Assembly (NCBI GenBank): GCA_002633005.1
Contig: NMRA01000994.1
Span: 23,403-61,745 of the forward strand
DNA from: Phoronis australis
Taxonomy: Eukaryota > Animalia > Phoronida
Direction: 5' to 3'
Length of the DNA stretch: 38,343 nucleotides
The notes under the pieces were generated by a model, which did no database searches, was not told where the DNA came from, and saw only the letters and a list, made by a program, of their open reading frames with translations. Position 1 is the first letter of the stretch. Every line of letters starts with the position of its first letter. This document shows, piece by piece, positions 23,927 through 36,530 of the stretch. The translations under genes were made by a program, and so were the position numbers.

Positions 23927-24354
23927 CTTTTGCTTCTTCCAGGTTGTAGGATCTTAAAGAAATAGTTAAATTTGGCAAACTTTGGAACATCATATCACAG
24001 AAATGGCTGTACGGATTCACGGGAAAATTTCAGATGCTTCGCTTTATGCACTGTCTTATAAAAAGTTTTAAATATGAGAATTGTTTTTAGAATGTTCCAC
24101 TTTTTTATGTGAGTGGTTATCAAATAATAGAATTTTAATGAAAAAAATCAAAAGCTGTATTAAAAGAAAACAAAATGACAATTTAGAAAACTGTAGCAGC
24201 CTTGAATATTATTTTGAAATGTTAGTTTTAAATATTAAAAGGTACTATTTCTTTGATTCACACTTTTCTATGGATTTGGGCGACCATGACTGAATAGTTT
24301 GGTATGTGTCCTGTGTTGCAAATGTCTTTTATTCTTTATTTTGTTATCTTTCAG

Positions 24355-24425
24355 AAGGCAATAATGGACCCTCTCGATCACAAAAATCTGGACAAAGATG
24401 TGCCGTTCTTTAAGGACAAAGTCAG
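24355..24425 (+). CDS. PTS: PTS internal exon (KAIMDPLDHKNLDKDVPFFKDKVS)
   Basis: Polypyrimidine tract plus tttcag|, 71 nt, |gtactt. Contains the PTPS signature DHKNLD. Confidence 0.96.
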
Positions 24426-25301
24426 GTACTTGATATATCATTCCTTTCAGAAGCAAGCTGCATTGCAGTAAAGAAACAAGAAATCTAGAATTTGAAAGTC
24501 TTTGTTGTTCAGTGTTTTTTCAACAAACTAGTGACTTATTTTTACGCGGGGGGGGAGTGTTGTCACCCAGTGGTTAAAGTCAAAAATACAAAGATACACT
24601 ACCTTGAGGTCTTGGGTATGATTACTGTCTTGTTGACCCATTTTATTTCCTCGAGACTTCATCCTCACAAAGTTCCCTTTTGTGAGGAAACTACTGAGTA
24701 AAATAAGTATACTATGAAGAAACATACCCTCAATACCTCCCATTGCCTTCTGTGTTTCTCCAGTGTTAAAAGTGATCACTAAAATTTCAAATTAAATGTA
24801 GTCGCTTGCCATTACTTGGATTTAACTGTTCTTTGTTTAAGCAAGAAGACAGTACAGCCACGTCTGGATTTAAAAGCAATAATCATCCAAGTGTTAATTT
24901 GTTTTTATATTGTAGTTCTTAAATTGACAATAAACTGGCACAAAAAACAACTTTTCATTTAGACCATTTTTCGTATCAACATTTGTCTCAAATTCTTCCT
25001 CAGACAAATTGGAGGTGATATCAGGGCTTCCAAAGAGCTGACGTTTATTAGTGCTGGTGACCAGGCTCTACATGTTGGCTTGTCGTGGCATGGACTTTTA
25101 TTTGCCAGTTATGGTCTTGACAAATAATGAAGTGTTAGGCAGTTCTTAGTAAACCCATAATGCACTTGTCATTCAGTCTTGGAGGAAGTTGAGATGAGAA
25201 ATACAATTTTTAAATTGTATTTCTGTTAAAATAGTGAACCAACTTTGTAGCCCTGTTTAACCACGCATGAATTTGAAGAATATTCTAACTTATTTCTGCA
25301 G

Positions 25302-25431
25302 CACAACTGAGAATGTTGTCCTGTTTATTTGGCAACAGCTCTCTTTGTTGATCCCATCTGGTCTGCTGTATGAGGTCAAAGTTTATGAAACAGACAAGAA
25401 TGTGGTTTCCTATTGTGGAGAGCGCAGCTGA
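25302..25431 (+). CDS. PTS: PTS last coding exon (STTENVVLFIWQQLSLLIPSGLLYEVKVYETDKNVVSYCGERS*)
   Basis: ctaac branch point and ctgcag| acceptor with a phase-2 join. STTEN and VKVYETD motifs present. TGA at 25429-25431. Confidence 0.96.
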
Positions 25432-27814
25432 GAGCAACCTATGTGGGAACCTGGATGGTTGGTGATGTTGTCATGACAGCTGAATAGTGAATGTCTTCAA
25501 CATGCTGTCTGGCTGGGTAACATGTTGGGTTACTCGAATCTTCAAAGTCAATTGTCGTGAAGCCAACCTGGTGTTGTCACAGTCATTGTGTACACATTAT
25601 GAAATATTCTGAAGGTTGTATGAACCTGTCAGCATATCAAGCTTGTTGTGCCAAATAATTTATAGAACCTCAGGCAATATGTATTTAACTTAGTAGGTTT
25701 TTGTAGGGTTGGTCAAGGCAACCCATTGCGTAGCAAGAACTGGGATAGTCAAGTAATCTCATCTCAAATGAGAGATATCTTATGTTGCGAACAATAATTT
25801 GGATTCTCAGAGAAAACACAAACTGGACATTCCATGATTTGTAGTCACATGGCATCATGTAACGATAATGTCTTGACCATTATAGGTCTTTACTGACCAT
25901 TACTTATTCAGCCATGTTTCATCGGCATAGCTTCAGTGACACCTGTTGGCAAGTGTGGAAAACTGGACAGGTGTAATAGGTTGGATCCAAGGCTTGGAAT
26001 GAGGATTTCCTGTTTTTGGTTTTTCTTCTCATTTAATTTCCAGTTTCCTGTTTTTCATCTTATTATTTTGACTTTATTCGTGCAAAAACGTTTATTCCAC
26101 TTAAATTTTACACCACAAAATATTTCTATAACACAAGCCTTCCTAGTATTTATTTGGGAAACAACACGTCACTTGGAAAATTTTCCTTTTTGTTTGTCAT
26201 TGGATATTTCAAGCCCTGTGGATCTCTTACTTCTGAATAAGTCTTGAGGAAATTTATATTTTTATTATATTTTATGTGATATTGAAAATGTAGGAATCTC
26301 CATGGATTTGCGACTCCCTATAGCAGGCTTTGTGGTAATAACCACTTACAGAGGTCCCGCAGTTTGAGAAGTAGTTTTCTCCCCTGAAGAACAGCCATCA
26401 AACTGGTTCTTAAAATGTAGGACACCTGTGGCTATTGCCTGATTTGCACGATTTGTCTGTGAGTAAAAATGCGCACAATAGTAGATTATGAATAGATTGT
26501 TGTATCACTTGACATCGTGCATAATCTGGGAAGCAACTTGCAAACAACAAAACTGTGGAATATTAAAATTGCTCACTGCTGCTGTCCTTGTTGTGTGTGT
26601 TTGTTGTATTCTTGACTCATTTTTTAACATTGAGGATGAAATCTGCAGTCTGCCAAGTTTTCTCCTGAGACGAATATTGTGTTTTTTCATAATAAACTTT
26701 TTTGAGATCAGCTTCAGCTAAGGGCAGCACTTCAGTATTAAACGCGTCATCTCTTGGAGGGGTGGCAGCTAACATGCATCACGGGCTTCTGCCTTGGATG
26801 TAACTATGCTGGGTAATCTTAACACTGTAGATGTTTTGTACTTTGCATTGAAGGAAAAAGTATAACACCACGACCCCGACAGGTGTTGCATGGCCTCGGG
26901 CGTAAAACTTGTCAATGGAAAATCCACAAAGGTTGATATAAAGGATTGTATTGTCAAAACTCACAGTCTCCGTTTTCATAACTTTTCATTACGATGTCAT
27001 ATTTATTCATAGATTTTTAACAGAAGCTCCTTTTTGCAACTGTTAAATGCTTTGTTAAGAGTTATTTGTCTGGAAGTGATGTCATGGATTGTATAGCGCT
27101 ACAGTTTCTTGAAATAATTTTTGTCTTTCACAAAAATAATAACTTTCCCACACCATATCAACCCGACCAGGATTTTGTCCTGGTGAACCTGACAAGGGAC
27201 AGTCCTAGGGGTTCCTTGAGTTTCTTCCATAATTACAACATTGTTGAAGTTACTAAGCTAGGGTCTGAAGTCCTTCTGGATCCATGTTTGCATAGTGTTA
27301 GACTTGGAAATGTACCTGTGATGTACATGTCCATCTCTCAATAGGAGGTAGACTGTTATGCGCTATTGCAGTTTACCAGACTAGTTTGTTATTAATTATT
27401 ATTAGTTATTAATGAACTATGATGTCCATCATCAAGTCACCCACTATGTAATGTGTAAAGGTACAGTAATAGCAATTCTACCAAATTTACCTCAACTGCT
27501 GTAAAGTGTGTGTAAAATGTCTTCACTAGTTTTATGTTTGATAGCTCTGTTCTTCTTAAAAGTATACCACAGGTAATCCAAAAAATTATATTAATTTGAT
27601 AGTTTTTCCGTATTACTTCGGAGACAAGCTTAACAGAGCTGCAGTAGCCACAATTTTTTCAATGGCTTGTTTAGAGGTGACACCACTGTTTTGATGTGAC
27701 AGGTAGAATGGAGAAAAATTAAGAAAGGAAGAAAAATAATGACAATTAAGATATACTGACTGACTGCTCTGATCTGGAACCACATAATGTGGGATTCATA
27801 GTAGAATGAACAAT

Positions 27815-27994
27815 ATACATCATGTGCTCTGCAGTAAGAGCAAAGACTTGAATGTACTGTATACATCATATGCTCTGCAGTAAGAGCAAAGACTTGAATG
27901 TACTGTATACATCATATATGCTCTGCAGTAAGAGCAAAGACTTGAATGTACTGTATACATCATATGCTCTGCAGTAAGAGCAATGATTTGAATG
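27815..27994. repeat. 46-bp minisatellite, about 4 copies
   Basis: Unit atacatcatatgctctgcagtaagagcaaagacttgaatgtactgt. One copy has a 2-bp insertion. Confidence 0.95.
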
Positions 27995-28072
27995 AAAAGA
28001 TGGAATGAATTAATGGACTACTGACAAATGGCAAATCCAAAATGATGGTGTATCCCATGATGGATTATTCCA

Positions 28073-28302
28073 GGTAAAATCTCGCCCATTTCAGACAAAA
28101 AATAATTGCTGAAGTCAATAATTTTCATTTTTAGTCTGATGTTGAGAATGGATTTAATTTAAAAAAACATTATTTGGTGGTGGGAATGATATAGAATTTC
28201 AAAATGATAAAATATTTATTACGTGATACATATCTTGTATGAAAAAATGAAAAAAAATTTACGTGTCCGCCATGTTGTGCCTTCAATAGGTGAGATTTTA
28301 CC
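28073..28302. mobile_element. Small MITE-like element
   Basis: Inverted ends ggtaaaatctcgcccatt and aataggtgagattttacc (16/18 match), AT-rich interior, no TSD found. Confidence 0.45.
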
Positions 28303-29481
28303 AAACGTAGTTCCACATTTTTAAGACTAGAATTTAATCACGTCTGAAATAATTGTTTGCATTACGCTGTTGTACAGTGGTTGGCATAAATTAAAGGCAT
28401 CAAAAAATAAATTGTTTATTGTATCAAAATTTCCAAACATCCCCATTTAATTAATAAAGTCCAATATGTTAATTATGTCTAACAAGCGGAAACCAAGGAA
28501 GGAGTTTCAACACACATTTTTCCTGAGCACGGGCATACTTGGACACACAGCTTACTTTTGTAATTGACATCTACAAAAAATTACCAGCAACACTCCATGT
28601 ACTGTAATTATATAATACTGATTTCAATGAATAAAGTGCCAAGGCTAACAACACAAAGCAATGGCAGCAACTCCCATCTAGTGGTCAGGCAAGGAACTAG
28701 CTTAATCCATAGTACTATGGACCCCAGAAGAGCACAGACAAAGTTATTTGAGTGCTATCATGAGCAACAGTATCGTTTCTCTTAAGCCTGGAAATCACTT
28801 TCACCTTGAGGAACAAATCCAGGAGTCTGTTTCAACAATAATTTGGTCTTGCGATCCCACTTTATGCAGTGCCTGAGTAAAAATTTAGCCAAGTACGAAT
28901 TGTACGCACATCAATGTCTAGAAATAATTATAGAAATTAGTTGAGTAACTAGCAGTGATGGGGATATTCTCTGACACTGTGTACTTGCTCTTGTGAAGTT
29001 AAATGATTTTTGAATAACCAGTTGCGTGGAGTACAAGACCAAATTTCTGTCTTAAGTGTTAAGTCGTAGATCCCAGCACTGACAACAGCATATAAGGTAA
29101 CACCAATGATGAGTATATCATGGCATACAGTAACACCAATGATGAGTGTATTGTGGCCTTACATGTAAGTTACTCGCTGGTGTTGACAGAACGACTTCAT
29201 TTGCTTTCTACATTTAATATTTACAGAGTTTCACCTTTAACCGATTGGTAGAATTACATAACTTTGGTATGAAAACACTATACTATATGTCTAAAACAAA
29301 TCACAGCCAACACATGCTACATGTATACAAAAATCAAACGTTTATCAATGTTTTAAATCTACATAGCCAAAGCAACCAAAATTCTGCAATGCTAGAAAGA
29401 TTAAATTCTTGTAAACCATTAACAATTCATTCATTCATCCTATTAACCTGCTCTTTCTCAAACTACACACCGTAAATGTGG

Positions 29482-29676
29482 TCAATGTAAGACTGGGTAC
29501 TTCTTATTTAAACACAAGGTGGCGTAACAGTTCAGTGTCGGCAATCAAAACCACCTTGACCAAGCCTGTATTAACACCAAAGCCTGACTTGTGGGTCGAG
29601 AAGACGATACAGAATGATCTCACCTCAATGTAAGACTGGGTACTTCGTATTTAAACACAAGGTGGCGCAACAGTTC
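29482..29676. repeat. 52-bp direct repeat pair, period 143
   Basis: tcaatgtaagactgggtacttcNtatttaaacacaaggtggcgNaacagttc at 29482-29533 and 29625-29676. Confidence 0.9.
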
Positions 29677-30673
29677 GGTAAAGAGTGGTGTGTTCCCAGT
29701 CTGTTGAGATCACACGCATCGCCACGCATTGCATGCACAGCACATCATCTCACCATGAGGGGGTGTTGCTTTTTGTGACCAGCAAAATGTAATTGTATCG
29801 TGCATGAACTTGAAAATCGTGCTTTTCTCACTTTTTGTGAAGCGTGATTTGACCTGAAGCTCACTGTGGTTGAGATGACAAGCACTAAAAATCAACCGTG
29901 TACCACCGTGAACCATGGAATAACAATTATGTCATGCAAGAAAGATGATGTGCCCCCTCACTTCACTCTCAGCACTAACTATCACTCGTGAGCTTCTTGC
30001 ATACCAGACCACGCCCCTAGGTATACAATGACTCGCACCTCATTGGTCAGAGTATCTATGAGCCCAGTCACCTGACTGTCTAGAATGCATTATCTAGGTG
30101 AACTAAATAACACATACATTACTTTTCAAAATGCAATTGACAACACAAAATCATTGTTTCAAAGTGTAGTCAATTATCCATATCATTACTACAACTCTAG
30201 CAAAATGTAATTGAAATAAATACTATAATTCTGTACTCATTTATTTAGAGACAGTTTACTGCCTACTTCTACTAGCAGCTTAAGACTACACCCCAAGGCC
30301 AAGAACAATCCTGTCATATTTCAACAACATTGCTATTTCATAGCAACACATATGTTTTACTCCATCCATTGCATCAACATCACATTTATCTCCTGATGTC
30401 TGAAAATCAGAAATCGGGAGAAAAATTGTCAAGGGAGCATTGGCATCTGAAAAACTTGATGAAAAGTCAGGGGTAGGCATTTACCCAAACTACAGATTCG
30501 TGTTTGAGCAAGGAAATGATATTAAAGTCAGTTATTTCACATGCAATAATCAAAATGAAACTCGGTTTATCACAGACATTATAATTAGAATTGGAATTCT
30601 TACACGTGCTACTCTCAGAACTGCCTTGAAGCAACTAAAAGTGAAAGGACAGGATTTGAGGTGGATGTATATT

Positions 30674-31176
30674 CAGGGCTTGGAATGACCAATAACAAAA
30701 AACGCGGAAACTTACGGCCCAAATCATGCCCGATAACTAGCCTTGAAATGGTCAATGTGAACCTTGTCCTTTCCTCGACAAAAAATCGGGAGGACTAAAA
30801 AAAAAACGTTACCACCATCAGTAGCATGCGTCTGCGTCCTTTTAGCTCGCCTGTCCACTCCCAACCCACACATTTTTGGCTGCAGAGCCGTAGTATTTGT
30901 CGCCGCGCTTAACAATAACATGAGACGCCATTGAAAATCCCACCACGCTGTCCCAGATGCCCCGGCAATGTTGACAATTTACGTTCCTCCGAAACATAAA
31001 GAGCAACTTCCGCTTTTCGAGGTGAACGTCGTCTGCAACGCCGCGGTAAGAAAGGAATTTGCCGCGGAAATTTTATATCAAATTCGATTTTTTTACGCGG
31101 AAATATTATAAAAAAAGCGGAAAGCACATTTGAATAAAGCGGAAATCCGCGTTTCCGCGGAAAATTCCAAGCCCTG
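30674..31176. mobile_element. hAT-like MITE with a 6-bp TSD
   Basis: Perfect 13-bp TIR cagggcttggaat / attccaagccctg. tatatt on both flanks. gcggaa subterminal repeats. Confidence 0.85.
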
Positions 31177-31291
31177 TATATTAAAGCCAACACGAGTGTT
31201 AAATAAGACTTTTGAAAGTGAGGGATGCGTGTTTAGCTGAACAAGTGCATTACTCAGACAAGAACTAACAATATTTACACCATTTGTGACA

Positions 31292-31513
31292 TCACAAGAC
31301 ACACTGGCGTCCCTGTAGCAGGTCCCTTGCCATGCGCTCCTGCCTGGCAGCATAGCGCTCCCTGTCATCGGGGTCAATACTCTGAGCCTGGTGCAGCAAG
31401 AGGCGGTGGTGCATTTCATGCTCCTCTTTGAACACTCTGGCACCCTTGTACATCACTTCCTCGGCCTTCTTATACGAGCAGCGTTTACATATTCTCAGAC
31501 TTTCTATAAGTGC
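31292..31513 (-). CDS. PWWP3A: PWWP3A/MUM1-like last coding exon (ALIESLRICKRCSYKKAEEVMYKGARVFKEEHEMHHRLLL...RQCVL*)
   Basis: tttttaag| acceptor, 74 codons to TGA. Resembles, from recall, the MUM1 C-terminus [33 protein letters not shown]. Confidence 0.8.
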   Translation of the reverse strand, partial: ALIESLRICKRCSYKKAEEVMYKGARVFKEEHEMHHRLLLHQAQSIDPDDRERYAARQERMARDLLQGRQCVL

Positions 31514-32847
31514 CTTAAAAACATCACAGCAATAATAGAATACATACTTTATATATTTTCTTTTCTTTTAAAATTTATTCATTTTATCTAATAACTTTAA
31601 CTCTTCAATGTTCTTATTATAAGACTTGACCGTAATAACATGATGTGTTAACCATTTAACATCCTAAGAGATTAAACTTAAATTTGAAAAAATTAGAAAA
31701 GGCAATATGTCACCATAGTCATTTAGCTCGTTGACTTGTCACAGCTAAACTGTTTTACAATCGAATAGCAAGGTTACAAATTGTCGAATTGAAAATCCTC
31801 AACTTTCGAGCAAGGAACCCAATATAAAGTAGCTCCTTAAAAGCACAATGCAGTGCGATGGAAATTATCAGAACACCTATGGGTAGAGTTCAGTAATGCT
31901 AGAGCCTACACTAAAATCTAGCCAAAATCACGACTTTGTGTGTGTTCTCAATAAAAAAAATACACAGCAATATCTCACATAATCTCTTGCTTTTTAGCGA
32001 AGTCCTAGCGTTACTGAACTCAGGCTTTGTTTAATATACATCCATGACTCAAACATGTTGAGCCATGGGTATTTCTTAAAATAGGATTCTGTACACTTTG
32101 GTCTACTACTTTGCAAATCTACAAAATGCTGACTAACTAGTAAGCCCCACAACAGTGGAAACTGGCAAAATGGCAAAATTTCAAGCCAAGTCAGGATTAA
32201 CAAATACAGACAAAAGCAGCTTAATTAGCTTCGCTGGTGTGGTTCTGACTATTTGTTTTTTTTTATTTCATTTCCTTTTCAACCAGTTTTCCAGGAGGTA
32301 ACTTTCTCAAGAACCTTGGGCCTGTTCCAAGAACCTAACTTAAGTTTTGTTTTAGCTAAGTCACTTCCTCGTAACAGGCCTCAACTATAAGCCAGGAGTC
32401 ACAAACTACAAGGAATTTCAGAAAGTAGGCCCATGGGCAGATATTCGGAAAATGGCCTTTCAAAAACGTCAAATGAAGCCGAATATATGCCTGGGTGTTA
32501 TTTCGAAAACTGTGTCATTAAAAGAGTCCTTTATCCTCTGCTCGTACGGTTGCCAGTAGTGTCACTCTGTCAATATCTTGTTATGATATTTTATTTTAGT
32601 CATCGTGATCCAAAAATATAATGTTATGCCAAAGAAACAAATCTTTCCATCAGACTCTAAACATATGAATTTTAGAACAATCGATCATATTTTCAAAACA
32701 TGCAACAAGTTACAGAAAATTCGCCCATAGGCGCACTTCTGGAAAAATTCCCAAAAATCCACCCATGGTAGTACAATTGGGTTGGCCCACTTTTTAAAAA
32801 TTCCATTTCGTAGAACTGCTTTAAAGTGACATGCGACTTATGTTTAC

Positions 32848-32952
32848 CTCGGGTACCATGACATCCATGACATAACTTGTTGCCTGGACTTTGAGTTTGC
32901 CTGGCTGCCATTCTTTGTACCACTTCATCAGGGTCCCTGTTAACACACCGAT
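32848..32952 (-). CDS. PWWP3A: PWWP3A/MUM1-like internal exon (IGVLTGTLMKWYKEWQPGKLKVQATSYVMDVMVPE)
   Basis: tttacag|...|gtaaac, 105 nt, phase 0/0. YVMDVMVPE corresponds to MUM1 FILDVLLPE. Confidence 0.82.
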
Positions 32953-33233
32953 CTGTAAATAGCAAGAATTAGAAAATCTATCTCCCTCCTCGGTTAACCA
33001 CTTCATCAGGGTCCCTATTAACACACCGATCTGTANAATAGCAAGAATTAGAAAATCTATCTTCCTCCTCGGTTAACCACTTCATCAGGGTCCCTGTTAA
33101 CACACCGATCTGTAAATAGCAAGAATTAGAAAATCTATCTCCCTCCTCGGTTAACCACTTCATCAGGGTCCCTGTTAACACACCAATCTGTAAATAGCAA
33201 GAATTAGAAAATCTATCTTCCTCCTCGGTTAAC
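32921..33233. repeat. 78-bp tandem array of splice acceptor plus exon start, 4 copies
   Basis: Units start at 32921, 32999, 33078 and 33156. Copy 2 is 79 nt because of an N. Variants atctccctcc and atcttcctcc alternate between copies. Confidence 0.96.
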
Positions 33234-34869
33234 CCAAACGTGTCAGTTCCCATAAGCGGCCAGTCCAATTTTTCCAAGAAACTTCCCTTTCAAGTATAAA
33301 CTCAGCTTAAAGCCCATTGAAGGTTTACGTGTCTACCAATCAATATCACAATGGGAATACAAAGAGGATTACGACTGGCAGGATGAACCCAGACCACTAG
33401 GTGTCTCCACCGTGGTGGAGAGTGGTGCGGCAGTGCAGAGCAGACAGCTTTCAACCTGTTCAAGAAGAAAGACAGTGGCCGTTAATGGTGGATGAAAAGG
33501 CATGGAAGGCTTTCAATGAAGATATGAACGACATAAAGAAGACGACTGTAATTAGTACGTACTAAATGTAGTTGTTGTAGCAATGTGCATCAGACCACCA
33601 GCTATCTCCTGATCCTGTTCACAGCACTACGTCAGCTGATCCACACAGCTTTGTAGTATTTTTATGTTCTAAAGCACATCCTAGGAATCCAGCCAAGTGC
33701 TACATATTACTACAGACTTGTTCATTCTTGCAAGAGTCACTGCGACAGGATGCAACATCTCTACAACACTGCTCACAAAGAGTATGGATTTTCTGCACCA
33801 GGGAAAGAGAATGCAGACCCCTGGAGAGAGCGGTGACCTGGTCGCTGAGGAAGTAGTTAGGTGTTCCCTCAAATCAGCAGAGCTTCAGCTGCCTAATGCG
33901 CCCTGGTTCTAACCTAGTGTCACTCAAGGACTTGACTGTGAGGGAGGCAGGCGTCAAGACGAGATCAGAAAGAGGATGCTTGGAGGAAACTTAATAAGTG
34001 AGTCACTATGGGAATCTACAATAGAGCAGAGACACCTGTGTGGGATGGTCATGACTAGGTGCATCCCAGTAGTTAGAGAAATGAGTAGCATATTTATGAA
34101 TACTCAGGCAGAATGACTGTCGTGTGACAATGGTACTGTTGTCCAAGTTAAAGTCAGTCTGAGAGTATTAAATGTAAAGCTTGACATTACTAGGCTTGGA
34201 TGCTAATTGTCTAGCACCACATTCTATTTGCACCAACCAATCACTTCTGTGGTGATCATTTTATTAGTATTCCTGAATGAGGACATAACAATACTCGAGA
34301 AACTAAAAGTGATTTTACGTGGCCATAAACTCACCATGCCTACAAATATTGGTTTACAGGACTGACACCTGGTCACTAACTCATGAGAAATTTTTTGTCG
34401 TGAGTCTTTTTTGCGCAACAGTGACCCATCTCAATAATAAAAGGAAAAGTTGCAATTCCCCCTGTTTAGTAGGCTAAAAAATGAAAATCAAATTAATAGA
34501 TAGACCTTTCACTCCTAGACTCACAAATCAGTTGCATAACATTCGTAACCGTTACAGTATTCTATTTCCATGATGACAACAACTTCAAACTATCACTAAC
34601 TGAAGAAAATACTCAAAGTTTATAGGACTGGCCAAACTGGTGTTAAAACTTGAGTTGACGCTTCATTTGGCAACAACTCCAGGTTGAATAAGTGTGGTAA
34701 ATGTTTTTAAACCCACAGTACTTCAGTTGAGAATTCAACATTGACAGCTAAACTGCAGCTTTAAACAATAGACGACTCTCAACAAACTATTCATAGATAA
34801 ACTCAATATAGGTACATAAGAGTTCAAAGTTCATAAGGATACTACAGGTATATGTAGTACATAAGGTAC

Positions 34870-34989
34870 CTGTTCATCATCAGTAAGAGGTCCAAATGTT
34901 CCACACTTCTTCAAGCTCACTCGGTCCTCCAGAAACGTTTTGTGACGGGCACTAGACTTCTTAGACAAAAATATGTCATGCAGGTGTGC
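34870..34989 (-). CDS. PWWP3A: PWWP3A/MUM1-like internal exon (AHLHDIFLSKKSSARHKTFLEDRVSLKKCGTFGPLTDDEQ)
   Basis: tttattcag|...|gtacct, 120 nt, phase 0/0. Corresponds to MUM1 SHLRAILKSRKPSRWLQTFL...YLEDEGQ. Confidence 0.82.
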
Positions 34990-35548
34990 CTGAATAAAGG
35001 TGATACAAGTATGCAGAGAGAGAAATACTAAGCAATTACACAAAGAAGCCATAATTAACTGCACCATCAATTAGCTGCCAGCGCCCCCTAGTTGCCAAGT
35101 GAAAAACCAAAGCACCTGACATGGTAGCAACGATGTTCATTAAATATGCATTTTCCATGATACTTTTAATGTACAATGTTTTACCTGGTACAATATTAGG
35201 TAGTGTAATGAGCCCATACTGATGGCAGACTTGAAAAGCTATAAAGCAAGTTGGTGAGACCTGCAGGACCCAGGTCACATCACGATCAGCTCATTCTTGA
35301 AAGCAGGAACACCAAAACCCAATTATATTATTAAATGACTTAAAGTCCATAAATTAATGATAATCCAACAACCTTACATTCCTGATCAATCCTAAGCAAA
35401 GTAACCGTAAATCTGAACAGGTTGCATTGTGTTATTCATTTCTAATAAGACAGGTTATGTTTATTTGTGTTATTCATTTCTAATAAGAAACGTTATGTTT
35501 ATCCGAATTTCTTAGTAAATATTTAGAAAAAACTCACAAAGAGACTGG

Positions 35549-36379
35549 GGGCTGTTCCAGTAAAATCCGTGTGGGAGGGGGGGACGGCAGTAGAAATAAA
35601 AATTCATGGGTGGTGGTCTTCAGGAAAAAACTCAAATTATGGGTGGTCGTTCCTGTAAGAAGTGATGCATTAAAAATGGGTGGTATTTTTTGATCTGTTA
35701 ACGTTGACAGGTTGGTTAATTCAGCCAACACATCTCCAAACAAATCAAAACTCAAAAAATGCGATTGGCATTTATCCCATCTTATCCCAATACAAAAAAG
35801 CCCATATTGCCAGTGAACAGAGTGCAATATGTTCACTAAACCATTTATCAAGTCATGGGCAACTTGATTTGAGCCAAGTGCTTGTCTGCAGTCCTATTGA
35901 ATTGAAAAGTTATGCAACACTAAACTGGTGATAACACATATAAGAAAATTGATGGTTTTTAAATAAAAAGTATGAGGAGTAAGATAAACAAGTTCCAATA
36001 TTCACTTGACTTAGAAGTATAAAAGAGTTTGTGGAGACAGTTAGATCCTTATAATTGAAAAAATGTTCATTGAAATTATAGACACATGGTGAACAGAGAC
36101 ACCTGGTGGCTGCCAAAAGTATTGTTCACAGGCTACTTTAATTTTTGACAATATTGGACAAGACAACTGTCTAGTTCTTGTCTGTCAATCATCAAAGTTC
36201 TTAACAGGTCCTCCTGGAGGCAATTTGTTTGCAAGTGTTGGATTTTATATTTTAATCTATTAAAAATAATTAAAAAATTATGGGTCATGGGTTGGAGAAA
36301 TAAATGAAAAATATGGGCGGTGGGTACGAAATAAAAGTGCCTTCCCCCCCCTCCCATACAGATTTTGCTGGAACAGCCC
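35549..36379. mobile_element. PIF/Harbinger-type non-autonomous element
   Basis: TIRs of about 35 bp, gggctgttccag(t/c)aaaatc(c/t)gt(g/a)tgggagggggg, with GGG termini and a 3-bp TSD tgg (35546-35548, 36380-36382). Confidence 0.85.
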
Positions 36380-36403
36380 TGGATGAACAAGAGGGTCACT
36401 TAC

Positions 36404-36467
36404 TTTCATTCTATCCGATACTGCAGTGTCTACTAGCTTCTGATTCACGGCTGTTCTCCGATCAACA
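36404..36467 (-). CDS. PWWP3A: PWWP3A/MUM1-like internal exon (VDRRTAVNQKLVDTAVSDRMK)
   Basis: ttttgctttag|...|gtaagt, 64 nt. NQKLVD corresponds to MUM1 RANQKLVEY. Upstream exons, including the PWWP domain, were not found in the window. Confidence 0.8.
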
Positions 36468-36530
36468 CTAAAGCAAAATATTTGTATACATATAAATCGC
36501 GAACGATCATGGAAATAAAGATCCCAAACT

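Noticed and set aside
29860-29895. FSACHLNHS resembling the PTPS N-terminal FSACHRLHS
   Set aside because: It is on the wrong strand, downstream of the gene, and has no splice support. Chance match.
31292-31306. C-terminal RQCVL as a prenylation signal
   Set aside because: The Cys is third from the end, not fourth, so this is not a canonical CaaX.
33360-34030. GC-richer intronic stretch with DEIRKRM resembling an RTE-type LINE relic
   Set aside because: The similarity is too short to support without a search.
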